Shown in pieces: positions 19,714 to 29,429 of a stretch of DNA of 64,000 bases (positions within the stretch are counted from its first letter, which is position 1; each line of letters opens with the position of its first letter). The notes under the pieces are model-generated. The model made no database searches. It saw only the letters and a program-made list of their open reading frames with translations, and was not told where the DNA came from. The stretch comes from Clostridium sp. (GTDB lineage: Bacteria; Bacillota; Clostridia; Clostridiales; Clostridiaceae): contig NZ_DATCQT010000090.1 of NCBI RefSeq assembly GCF_036569345.1, forward strand, positions 4,201 through 68,200, read 5' to 3'. Position numbers and translations under genes: made by a program.

Positions 19714-22050
19714 TTATTTATTCCCAATAGTTACATTTGCAGTTGCTTTAATAATAGAATCAACTACTGATTCCACAACTATAGAATCAGTCCCTGTTAT
19801 TACTCCAGTGTATGTTACATACATTTTTTTATCAACATCATCATAATTAACTACTGCAATAACCTTAGTTCCATTTACTATTTTAACCATAGTGGGATCA
19901 GTTATAACTTTTCCATATTGGTCAAGTACAACTATTTCTTTTTTTACAGCAACTCCCACAATTAATGAAACATTTACGTCTACAATTGTTATAGATTTTA
20001 TTGCACTTTTAGCTCTTACAATTACGTTTAATGTATCTTTAATAACATCAACCTCATCTATTGCTTTATTACCAACTGTTACAATTAATGTTGTGTTTTC
20101 CACAAAACTATTAACTGAAGTTTTGCTAGGATCAAATTTCACAGCTAATCCCTGTGCCCCAGCAAAGTCAGTTTCAATAATAGATCCTTGTGCATCATGT
20201 TTATAATAAATAAGGCTTGCAAAACCAGAAGCTTCCTTTATTCCATTTTTAGTGGAAATTCTCCAATTCGTAATATCAGGAATTATTTCATCCCCCTTAT
20301 TGTCTACTACACTTAGGACCCTATAAACAGGAGCCGTAGCATTAGCTATAATACTATTATCTCCAATGTTATTTCCAAGTTCAATCGACTTAAGTGTTGT
20401 AACCTCTGCCGATATTTCTAAATTATAGGTTGCAACCGTACCATTCACGTTTATATTTATTATATAATTCCCAGCAGCCTTAGCCTCAAACCTTAATGAC
20501 TTAACAACTCCAGTGGTTGCTACTTGCCCATCTTTATCTAATTTTTCAACTATTACATTATTAGATGTTATCCCATCATCACTATAAACTAAAGCAGTGA
20601 CATTATCACCTGCAACGTCTATAACTTCATTATTAGCATTTCTTATTACTAAATTTGCGTTTTGTTTTGTATTAACTTTAAGCTTTGGTAATGTTATAGA
20701 ATCAATTGTGGTTGTAACTGGATTTATGGTAGTTACTACATCAAATTTAGCTGCTTTTATAGTATCCTCTGCATCAAATGAAGTTCCTATATATGGAGTG
20801 ACTTCATAATTTCCAGCTTTTAATGTTCTAGCACTAATTACTATATTGTTTTTATAATAATCAGTACCACCTCTAAGTGATGCTGTAACTACTATATCAC
20901 TGGCCGAAATATCACTAGTTTTAGGAGTTACATTAAATTTAATCATATCAGGTGTTAATAAAGCACCATTATTTTGAGTTATTTTATTATATTTAACATC
21001 TTCATTATTAAACTTAGTAATTGGATTTTCGGAAGTTAACGTGAGCCCTGTAAGTTTTGTTGCTCCTACCTCAACTGTATAAGTAACTTTGACACCATTA
21101 AGAATGTTATAAGCACTTATAGTTACTGTACCAGCTTTTATAGCTTTAAAAGTAACGGTATTCACAGTTGTATCTAATGTTAATTTGCTACTATTAAGGT
21201 CAGAAGTACTATCCAGTAAGTTGCCACCCACCTCAACTATCCATCTTAATTTATTAATTGATAAATCTGTAGGGTTGTTATATTGGTCGCGTACATCGAC
21301 TCTTAAAATTACTGCCGCATCCCCAACTAAGACAGTATCTGCGGATGTTGTCACCGATAAAATTGACTTAGGGGATATTGGCTCATCCTTCCCTACTGTA
21401 TAATTATTGCTTATTGAAGATACTAATTCAGCAGTTGAAGATACCGCATCTTTATCAAATTTTTCTAACATTATAACTACAGCGTCATTTTCAGTTAATT
21501 TTTTATTTATTGTGATTTTTGCCATATTTCTATCTGTATCCAATCTTATTTCTGCATCACTTAAAGGCACTCCGTTTACTGTTGCCGTTACTTTATATGA
21601 AGAATCTGTTACGATATTGAAATCTTTTCCATATTGATCTACAGCTGTAAAATAAGCAAAATTAGATATATTTGTAATTTCATTTGTTACACTAGTAAAT
21701 GTTTTTGGATAGGCTGTTTCCTTAACAACTTGGTTTGTATCTGCAGCATCAAATCCAATTGTTTCATTACCATCTTTGTAAACAACGGCTGGTATAAGGC
21801 TTGTAGCTATAGGAAGTCCTGTAACATTATCTATCCAATCTCCATTGAAATTTTTAACATAAACTGGTCCACCTTCAACTATTGCATTAGTGATTTCACC
21901 CATATTTAATGGATCATTAGAATATCCTAAATCAAAAGCTTTATCCCCTATTACCATTGTTCCATTCTTCATTGCTGCAATCGTCGTAATAGATGTTAAG
22001 GCTGCCATCATTAAAGCAGCAAGGACTGAACTTGCAATTTTCTTGTTCAT
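19714..22050 (-). CDS. S-layer-like/Ig-fold surface protein with shared N-terminal module
   Basis: Signal peptide, shared module, then ~670 aa of Thr/Val-rich beta repeats (AVDQYG, VRDQYN, VLDQYG). Confidence 0.75.
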   Translation of the reverse strand: MNKKIASSVLAALMMAALTSITTIAAMKNGTMVIGDKAFDLGYSNDPLNMGEITNAIVEGGPVYVKNFNGDWIDNVTGLPIATSLIPAVVYKDGNETIGFDAADTNQVVKETAYPKTFTSVTNEITNISNFAYFTAVDQYGKDFNIVTDSSYKVTATVNGVPLSDAEIRLDTDRNMAKITINKKLTENDAVVIMLEKFDKDAVSSTAELVSSISNNYTVGKDEPISPKSILSVTTSADTVLVGDAAVILRVDVRDQYNNPTDLSINKLRWIVEVGGNLLDSTSDLNSSKLTLDTTVNTVTFKAIKAGTVTISAYNILNGVKVTYTVEVGATKLTGLTLTSENPITKFNNEDVKYNKITQNNGALLTPDMIKFNVTPKTSDISASDIVVTASLRGGTDYYKNNIVISARTLKAGNYEVTPYIGTSFDAEDTIKAAKFDVVTTINPVTTTIDSITLPKLKVNTKQNANLVIRNANNEVIDVAGDNVTALVYSDDGITSNNVIVEKLDKDGQVATTGVVKSLRFEAKAAGNYIININVNGTVATYNLEISAEVTTLKSIELGNNIGDNSIIANATAPVYRVLSVVDNKGDEIIPDITNWRISTKNGIKEASGFASLIYYKHDAQGSIIETDFAGAQGLAVKFDPSKTSVNSFVENTTLIVTVGNKAIDEVDVIKDTLNVIVRAKSAIKSITIVDVNVSLIVGVAVKKEIVVLDQYGKVITDPTMVKIVNGTKVIAVVNYDDVDKKMYVTYTGVITGTDSIVVESVVDSIIKATANVTIGNK

Positions 22051-22182
22051 ATGTTTTTACCTCCATTTTAAGTTTGATTTTTCATATTTAATATTAACAC
22101 CCTTAATTAAACATTAATTAAGGATTAATTTCTTTCAACTACTATAATTCCCTGGATATGTTTACATTTTTTACACTTATAT

Positions 22183-22209
22183 AACGTTTATTCTGACAAT
22201 ATAGTTGCA
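22183..22209 (-). promoter_or_regulatory. ECF-type promoter TGCAAC-N17-CGTT
   Basis: Minus strand tgcaac tatattgtcagaataaa cgttatat. Confidence 0.65.
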
Positions 22210-22320
22210 CTTTTATTAAGGTTTTTATATTTATATTTTTCGTGGGTGTCTTTGTGGGACTGTTATTGACTAAATATCCTTGAGACATAGTAAATTATTA
22301 CAACACCAAAAAATGAAAAA

Positions 22321-22352
22321 AGCCTGAAACAAAGCTTGACTCCGTTTCAGGC
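22321..22352 (-). terminator. Terminator hairpin downstream of acyltransferase
   Basis: agcctgaaac-aaagcttgactcc-gtttcaggc, flanked on the + strand by an A-run. Confidence 0.65.
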
Positions 22353-22361
22353 AAATTAATC

Positions 22362-23420
22362 TTAATGTTTTATAAATGTTACCTTTTTCCCCAACTTCAC
22401 AAATGGTGTTTCTAAATATTTATATGATATTAAAGAAATTATTATTGTAGAAATAATTGCTAATATGAATTGGAAAATTGGATTAGTCAAGCTAAAATAT
22501 TTATGAAGAACTATTCCAACATACACATTCACTACTGGATGTAACAAATATATAGAATAAGTAGCAATTCCTAAAATTTCTAATTGATATCTTATAATTT
22601 TGGGAACTGAAAAATCCATTTTATAAAATGATATAACTATACAAATTGATAAAATTGAAAAAATAGCTCTACCCATTCCAGTTATTAATACAATTTGATT
22701 CCCTTTAAATGGTAGTGTAATAAAACAGATCAAACAAACTATTAAAAGTACAATATTCATTTTTTTAGTTACTTTTATTTGTTTAAGATTATAAAAAATC
22801 GCTATCCCCGTAATATATAAATATAAATTATTAAAAGGATTAATATAAATTTGCCATTGATATGATAAATTCATTGTGGGTATTAACAAAATCTGAGAAT
22901 AATGAAAACCAATTAAAACTGTAAATAGAAAAAATAAATTCCCAAATAATATTTTTTTGTTGTACAAAAATATAATTAAAGGTGTAAATACATAATAAAG
23001 CATTTCGGATCCAATAGACCAAGTTCCCACAGCAATATAATCACTTGGTTTAATGAGTCCAACAGTTGTAGTAAGATTAAGAATTATATTAATAATAGAA
23101 TTACCCTGTTGGTTAAACGGTACTGGGTGAATAATAATTAATAGTGTAACCACCCACAATAAGGGCCAAATTCTAAATATTCGTCTTATAAAAAAGTATA
23201 AGGATGTTCTGATATCTTTTATATACCTACTATACACAATTGCCATACTCAATCCAGAAAGAATGAAAAATATGGATACTCCATAGATTCCTAACCTTCC
23301 TAAAACTGATCCAGCATTTAATTTGAAAAATGTTAATCCCACTAAATGGTACAACATAAGACTTAAGGCCATTAATCCCCTTAGCCAATCTAAAGATTCA
23401 ATGCGATTTTTATTTTTCAT
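22362..23420 (-). CDS. Acyltransferase family 3 (OafA-like) membrane protein
   Basis: RIESLDWLRGL, GVSIFFILSG, RRIFRIWPL, TWSIGSEM, YSIYLLH, YKYLETP. Confidence 0.9.
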   Translation of the reverse strand: MKNKNRIESLDWLRGLMALSLMLYHLVGLTFFKLNAGSVLGRLGIYGVSIFFILSGLSMAIVYSRYIKDIRTSLYFFIRRIFRIWPLLWVVTLLIIIHPVPFNQQGNSIINIILNLTTTVGLIKPSDYIAVGTWSIGSEMLYYVFTPLIIFLYNKKILFGNLFFLFTVLIGFHYSQILLIPTMNLSYQWQIYINPFNNLYLYITGIAIFYNLKQIKVTKKMNIVLLIVCLICFITLPFKGNQIVLITGMGRAIFSILSICIVISFYKMDFSVPKIIRYQLEILGIATYSIYLLHPVVNVYVGIVLHKYFSLTNPIFQFILAIISTIIISLISYKYLETPFVKLGKKVTFIKH

Positions 23421-23780
23421 TTCTAACCCTCTTATAATTTTATTTTTATGATTATTTGCCCAATTATTACTTTAGTTAATAAAAAAATTTAAAAAGTAAC
23501 AATTTTAATCCATGAAGTTGACATTAATAGTCTATCACTTTTCTCATCAATTATCATATTTTTTTAATAAAATTTAAACAAAATTAAAATTTAATCTATA
23601 TAGTTACAATATATTTACACTAAATCCATCCTATTTTAGCGTTTTATGACGTTTCCGTTTAAATTTTAGCATATTATAATACTTTGAAGTGAACACAAAA
23701 ATAGAACCGTCAACAAGATGACGCTAAAATAGGCATGAGATCTTTTTCTCATGCCTGTTTACTTTTCTTAAACTTCTATT

Positions 23781-25304
23781 TTATTGTAATAAAATACTAT
23801 CAGGGAATTTTTCATTAATCCAATTTTTAATCTCATTTGGCATATCACTAGCCCCTCGTTCAGTAGTATAATATTGAACTATAGCATTACCCATAGAATC
23901 AATATGTGAGAAAGCTAATCTAATATTTCCATTTTCGTCTAATTGTATGATACCTTCCATTATTGTGAATAAGCCAGGCTTTCCTCCAACTATTGTATAA
24001 GTTTTATTGATGTCATTATATTCTATATCTGTGGATATTGAATACATACAATCTTTAAATAGATCATAGTCAATTCCTAGTAATTCTTTAATCTTAGTAT
24101 CCACAACTGGTTCAGTAAATAAGTTGTAACTTTCATCTAATCTATTTTTGTAATTTGCAACAATATCGCCCACTGGATCCACATTTTCTATAACAAAATC
24201 TTTAAATATAATATTTCTATAAAAAGCATTAACTGCAGTATAATCATTAATTTGATTGCCCTTTAAATATAACTCTGTCAAGTTAATAAGTCCTCTTAAA
24301 GGTTCTATGTTAGTAATTTGATTGTACTCTAAATACAACCTATTCAAGTTAGTAAGTACACTTAAAGAGTCTAGATTACTGACTTGATTGAACCTTAAAG
24401 AGAACGTATTTAAAGTTATTAATCCTTTTAAAGGTTCAATGTTGCTTATTTTATTGTAATCTAAAAATAACTGAGTTAAGTTAGTAATCCCTCTTAACGC
24501 ATCTATGTTACTGATTTGATTGTTATCAGAAAGTAACGTAGTTAATTTAGTCATTCCTCTTAGAGAATCCATATCGCTAATTTGATTGTTATCTAAATCC
24601 AACTCAGTCAAGTTAGTTAATCCTCTTAAAGGTTCTATATTGTTGATTTGGTTGCTTTGTATATACAGCTCATTCAAGTTAACTAATCCTTTTAATGGTT
24701 CTATGTTGCTTACTCGGTTGTAACATAACCACAAATATTTCAAGTTAGTTAATCCTCTTAAAGGCTCTATGTTGCTAACTTGATCGTAAGATAAAACCAA
24801 TTTAGTTAAGCTGGTCAATTTTTCGATCCCTGAAAGATTTGTTATATTTTTCGATGGAATATTCAGTTCTGTTATTGTATCCACATCGCCTTTTAAAATA
24901 TCTCCAGTAGGTTTATTAATTTCATTTCTAACTTCCTTTTCTAAATTCTGATCTGGAAATGTAATAATTGTACTACTATCCACAACATCTTTATCTTGCG
25001 CATCATAATTAATTTCTTTATCAGCATTGGTATAAATTACAGCTGGTATAACATTTGCGTCAACAGGCTCACCACTATTATTGTCAATCCAAATTCCATC
25101 GAAACCTTTAACATAAACTTCTCCACCTGCAATTATTGCATCGGCAATTTTCTGAAGATTAACTGGGTCATTAGCATATTCTAAGTCAAAAGCCTTGTTT
25201 CCTATTACAACAGAACCACTCGTCATTGATGCAAACGCTGTGAAATATGTTGATCCTGCAATCATTAAAGTAGCTAGTGCAGTACTTATAATTTTCTTGT
25301 TCAT
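23781..25304 (-). CDS. Internalin-like LRR surface protein with shared N-terminal module
   Basis: Shared module, cap ITFPDQNLEKEVR, ~9 22-aa LRRs (LRGLTNLTELDLDNNQISD), unrelated C-terminal domain. Confidence 0.88.
   Translation of the reverse strand: MNKKIISTALATLMIAGSTYFTAFASMTSGSVVIGNKAFDLEYANDPVNLQKIADAIIAGGEVYVKGFDGIWIDNNSGEPVDANVIPAVIYTNADKEINYDAQDKDVVDSSTIITFPDQNLEKEVRNEINKPTGDILKGDVDTITELNIPSKNITNLSGIEKLTSLTKLVLSYDQVSNIEPLRGLTNLKYLWLCYNRVSNIEPLKGLVNLNELYIQSNQINNIEPLRGLTNLTELDLDNNQISDMDSLRGMTKLTTLLSDNNQISNIDALRGITNLTQLFLDYNKISNIEPLKGLITLNTFSLRFNQVSNLDSLSVLTNLNRLYLEYNQITNIEPLRGLINLTELYLKGNQINDYTAVNAFYRNIIFKDFVIENVDPVGDIVANYKNRLDESYNLFTEPVVDTKIKELLGIDYDLFKDCMYSISTDIEYNDINKTYTIVGGKPGLFTIMEGIIQLDENGNIRLAFSHIDSMGNAIVQYYTTERGASDMPNEIKNWINEKFPDSILLQ
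24230..24860 (-). repeat. 66-bp tandem coding repeats (LRR units)
   Basis: Recurring agttagttaatcctcttaaaggttctat-like units at 66-bp period inside the LRR gene. Confidence 0.8.
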
Positions 25305-25349
25305 TTATTTTTACCCCCATTTTATTGAGTTTAATTTCCCCGCGAAATA

Positions 25350-26915
25350 TTAGTTAAAAACAGGAATATCAAAAGTTAATGTAACGTCTGGAAATAAGTC
25401 GAAACAACTTTTAATGATTCTTATTTGACTATTTGCCCAATTAACATCTGTTGCATATTGATGATAAATATTTAAAGGGTTCCATCTCATTTTATAAAGC
25501 GTATTTTGGTAATTTCCTATATACCCTTTCGAAATCCATGCTGCCCCTCCATAAATTGCTAAATCTATACTTGTCCACCCATTTGTGAATGCAGTGCTTG
25601 TACCAAATGCATCCGGATCACTGTCAATTGCTCCAATACCAAATAAATTATACACAGGAATCCCATTTGTATAGTTTCCACTAGAATCTTTTGTACCACC
25701 ATTTGCTAAAAGTGAAGTGCCATATCCCGTTTCCAAAATCGCATGAGCCGCCAAATATATAGGATTAACATTATTTGCTTTTGCTGCATCAATAAACACT
25801 TGACCCTTACCCTTTAATGTACCATTAGATCCGAATACTGAATCCAATTGAGCCGCAGTTACACAATCAACATAATTCAATACTATAAACTCATAAATTT
25901 TTGCTGAATCATTTTCTAAATTTAAAGGATCTACATTTTTTACAAGTTGATCTTTAATACTATTATAAACTGCTAATGAATTTACCCAAGATCCATTAGG
26001 ATTCTTCATATCCGTAAAGTATCCTGGTTGTCCATTTTTTATTAAAGCATAACACCATTGACCATTAATAGCTGCTGCAGGTGTATTTAACATTTCTTGG
26101 CTAATAAAATCACTTAATAAAACATCATATTTTGTTAAAGTAAATGTATTATCTCCCTTAGATACTAATGCATCCAATACATTAATATTAGCTATTCTAA
26201 CATTAAACTCTTCTTTTTTAGTAGTATCTTTAACAACTCCTACAATTTCAGTTGCTGTTGTTACATCAACATTCATTCTAGAAGTTTCTGCTACTTTAAC
26301 TGCTGTTTCTGCCGCATCAATATTTGCTAAATCAGGATTTACTCCAACTACAACATTAACAGTTATATCTGGTTTTGTTCCGGTTACACCCTCTGGGAGT
26401 GCATAATCACCATTGAATATATACGATGATGTCTTTGTTTCATCATAATTAGAGCTTGTCCAAGTAACGTCAACCTCTTTAGTTGTATTATTACTTAATT
26501 TAAGTGTTACTTTTGCTGGCAAATTGGCATTAGCAACTGTTGTTCCGTAAACTACATTGATAGTATTAAAAGGATTAACTGATATTATATTCACTTGATC
26601 TTTATCTGCAGCATCAAAATTAATTTGTTTATCCACACTCTTATACACTACAGCTGGTATAACACTAGCTTCTACGACTTCACCTGTATTATTGTTAATC
26701 CAAATTCCATCAAACCCTTTGACATAAACTTCTCCAGCTGATAGTAATGCATTAGAAATTTGATAAAGATTAGCTGGGTCATTTGCATAAGCTAAATCAA
26801 AAGCTTTACCACCTATAGCAACAGTACCACTAGGCATTGCAGCAAACGCAGTGAAAGATGTAAATCCTGCTATCATAATGGCAGCAAGAACAGAACTTGT
26901 AATTTTCTTGTACAT
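25350..26915 (-). CDS. Surface glucosaminidase (GH73) with shared N-terminal module and Ig-like domain
   Basis: AAKANNVNPIYLAAHAILETGYG, YNLFGIGAID, TLYKMRWNP..HQYATDVNWA. Confidence 0.88.
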   Translation of the reverse strand: MYKKITSSVLAAIMIAGFTSFTAFAAMPSGTVAIGGKAFDLAYANDPANLYQISNALLSAGEVYVKGFDGIWINNNTGEVVEASVIPAVVYKSVDKQINFDAADKDQVNIISVNPFNTINVVYGTTVANANLPAKVTLKLSNNTTKEVDVTWTSSNYDETKTSSYIFNGDYALPEGVTGTKPDITVNVVVGVNPDLANIDAAETAVKVAETSRMNVDVTTATEIVGVVKDTTKKEEFNVRIANINVLDALVSKGDNTFTLTKYDVLLSDFISQEMLNTPAAAINGQWCYALIKNGQPGYFTDMKNPNGSWVNSLAVYNSIKDQLVKNVDPLNLENDSAKIYEFIVLNYVDCVTAAQLDSVFGSNGTLKGKGQVFIDAAKANNVNPIYLAAHAILETGYGTSLLANGGTKDSSGNYTNGIPVYNLFGIGAIDSDPDAFGTSTAFTNGWTSIDLAIYGGAAWISKGYIGNYQNTLYKMRWNPLNIYHQYATDVNWANSQIRIIKSCFDLFPDVTLTFDIPVFN

Positions 26916-26991
26916 ACACTTATTCCTCCCTATGGCAGTTATATTTTACATGTTTTCTATAATTATAGTTTTTCAAGTTTTACACCAATAT

Positions 26992-27018
26992 AACGCTTAC
27001 TAGGACAATATAGTTGCA
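26992..27018 (-). promoter_or_regulatory. ECF-type promoter TGCAAC-N17-CGTT
   Basis: Minus strand tgcaac tatattgtcctagtaag cgttatat. Confidence 0.65.
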
Positions 27019-27257
27019 TTTTTTATACTATTAATATGTACTATTTATTTAGCGATACTTCTGTTCCATCAACTAAATTATAGAAATTCACTTTGTAATT
27101 GATAGAGCATGGATTTCTACTAATATCCTCAATTCCAGTAATAGAAAATTGAGAAGAACAGCTACACGCTATCCTTCTCAATTTTTTAATGAATATCACC
27201 AAATTTAGGCCTTTAAAAGTACTAAATACAATAGTATCAAACTTATCTATACTATAT

Positions 27258-28100
27258 TTATAAAACTATTGGAGCAACTAAAATCACATCAATTATTTTA
27301 ACTACTGTTCCAGCTGTATTTAATAATTTAATTGTAACTGTATCTCCAACAACTTTTCCTGGGTATATTATTGTATCTGTTCCCAAATTAGCAATATTTG
27401 ATAAAACTCTTATTCCATCAAATATTTGGTATTGTGTAACGCCCTCTTGAGTTGACGTAACGCTTACTTTTGCTCCAATAGTAGCTGCTTGTACCGTTGC
27501 AATGACTAGTGTTTGTATTGGATTTTTAACTATAACAGTACAAGTTGAAGTCTTACTTCCATCCACTGTTGTTACCGTTATAGTTGCTGTCCCAGCACCT
27601 ACTGCTATTACCTTTCCGGTATTATCTACTGTTACTACCTTATTATCTGAAGATGCCCATGTTACCTTTTTATTTGCTGCATCTGTTGGGTTTATTATAG
27701 CTATTAAATTATCTGTTTTACCTACTATAAGAGAATCTGTGGTTTTATCTAAACTCACTGATTTAACTGGTGTGGCAATTTTCTCTTGATCTTCAGCACC
27801 ATAATTAATATCCTCATCATCACTCTTATAAACTACAGCTGGTATAACCTTTTCTTCTACAGCTTTATCTGTATTATTGTCAACCCAAATTCCATCAAAA
27901 CCTTTAATATAAACTTCCCCACCAGCCATAATTGCACTAGTTATTTTTTCGATATTAACTGGATCATTAGCATACTGTAAATCAAAAGCTACGTTACCTA
28001 TAACAAGACTACCCCTCGGCATTGCAGCAAAAGCTGTGAAAGATGTCACTCCTGCTATCATTAATGCAGCAATAGCTGAGCTTATAATTTTCTTATTCAT
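27258..28100 (-). CDS. Surface protein: shared N-terminal module, Big_2 Ig domain, C-terminal beta domain
   Basis: VKSVSLDKT..PTDAANKKVTWASSD..VDNTGKVIAVGAGTATITVTTVDG Big_2 pattern. Confidence 0.87.
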   Translation of the reverse strand: MNKKIISSAIAALMIAGVTSFTAFAAMPRGSLVIGNVAFDLQYANDPVNIEKITSAIMAGGEVYIKGFDGIWVDNNTDKAVEEKVIPAVVYKSDDEDINYGAEDQEKIATPVKSVSLDKTTDSLIVGKTDNLIAIINPTDAANKKVTWASSDNKVVTVDNTGKVIAVGAGTATITVTTVDGSKTSTCTVIVKNPIQTLVIATVQAATIGAKVSVTSTQEGVTQYQIFDGIRVLSNIANLGTDTIIYPGKVVGDTVTIKLLNTAGTVVKIIDVILVAPIVL

Positions 28101-28333
28101 ATATTTATACCCCCTTTTATTTTTAAATCTTAATTTTAATATAAAGCCTATACATTTTTAATATAATTTTTAAATTTTACTATCTAATCCTTATATTTAT
28201 ATATATCGTCTACATTTTTAAATAGTTTATAGTCAACATCATTTATTTTAACGACAAAGAAACTACTGAAATATATATTTCAGTAGTTCCATAGTAATGT
28301 GTAACTTACATATGTTTGTTGCAATTTTTAATC

Positions 28334-29329
28334 TTACTTTGGAGCTACAACTGTGCTCTGATCCAAAGTCACAGCAGTCTGTGCAAGTAGTCTACCATTT
28401 ATTGATGCATTAGTCCCTAGATCGATATTTGTCTTGCTCATTATATTTCCCTCAAAGTGCGAATTAGTTCCAATCGAAACTGTTCCCGCTGCCTGCCAGA
28501 ATATGTTCTTGGCTTGTGCTCCACCCGTTAGGATAATTTTAGCTCCGCTAGCTTGGGTAATTCCTTTAGCTATTTGGAAAATAAAAATATCGTTTGGTCC
28601 ACCACTTAGAGTTACATCAGAATTTATTAAAACATCTGTACCCCACTTGTAAACACCAGCCCTAAGTGTTTTGCCACTAATATCTCCAGTATACAGTTCT
28701 GTATAACCCGCAGCTCTTCCAGCAGCATCTGTGTATGCTGTTTCCATGTTGCTTACAGCTGTAGTTAGGTCACTTGGAGTTGTAGAACCATAATCCGAAG
28801 CATATACCATCCCTGTAATTTGGCTGGAAACTGAAAATTCATTAGTGGCATCAGCTGTCAAAGAAAATCCAGTAATGGCAGTCGAACCAATTGGGCTAAC
28901 TCCTATATTCCCAGTAATAATACTATTTGGTACGGAAGATATTCCCGATTTCGATAAAATAGCATAATTACCAGCAGTCCCAAGATTTACTGGAGCTACG
29001 TTAACGTAATCTTTATCTGCAACATCAAAGTTAGTTATTACTCCAGTAGCATTTTTATAAACTACAGCTGGTATAATACTTTCGTCTACAACTTCATTCG
29101 TATTATTGTTAATCCAAACTCCATCAAATCCTTTAACATAAACTTCAACATCTGAAGCTATCGCACTACTGATTTCATCAACATTTTTAGGGTCATTAGC
29201 ATACCCTAGGTCAAAAGCTTGGCCACCTATTACTACTGTACCATTATGCATTGCAGCCACCGCCGTCAAAGATGTTGACCCTACTATCATTAAAGCAGCA
29301 AGAACTGTACTTGTAATTTTCTTATTCAT
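28334..29329 (-). CDS. Ice-binding protein (DUF3494/IBP-1 fold) with shared N-terminal module
   Basis: VNLGTAGNYAILSKSGIS, ITGNIGVSP, METAYTDAAGR, TLRAGVYKW, FIFQI, GGAQAKNIFWQ, GRLLAQTAVTLD. Confidence 0.92.
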   Translation of the reverse strand: MNKKITSTVLAALMIVGSTSLTAVAAMHNGTVVIGGQAFDLGYANDPKNVDEISSAIASDVEVYVKGFDGVWINNNTNEVVDESIIPAVVYKNATGVITNFDVADKDYVNVAPVNLGTAGNYAILSKSGISSVPNSIITGNIGVSPIGSTAITGFSLTADATNEFSVSSQITGMVYASDYGSTTPSDLTTAVSNMETAYTDAAGRAAGYTELYTGDISGKTLRAGVYKWGTDVLINSDVTLSGGPNDIFIFQIAKGITQASGAKIILTGGAQAKNIFWQAAGTVSIGTNSHFEGNIMSKTNIDLGTNASINGRLLAQTAVTLDQSTVVAPK

Positions 29330-29402
29330 ACATTTATTTCTCCTTTTGTGGATTAATTTTACCTATTTACTATTAATAGTTTTTTACGTTTTATACTTAT
29401 AT

Positions 29403-29429
29403 AACGATTACCACAACAATAAAGTTGCA
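29403..29429 (-). promoter_or_regulatory. ECF-type promoter TGCAAC-N17-CGTT
   Basis: Minus strand tgcaac tttattgttgtggtaat cgttatat upstream of the ice-binding gene. Confidence 0.65.

Noticed and set aside
24230-24860. Regularly spaced repeats as a CRISPR array
   Set aside because: The 66-bp period is in-frame LRR coding sequence; no unique spacers and no cas genes in the window.
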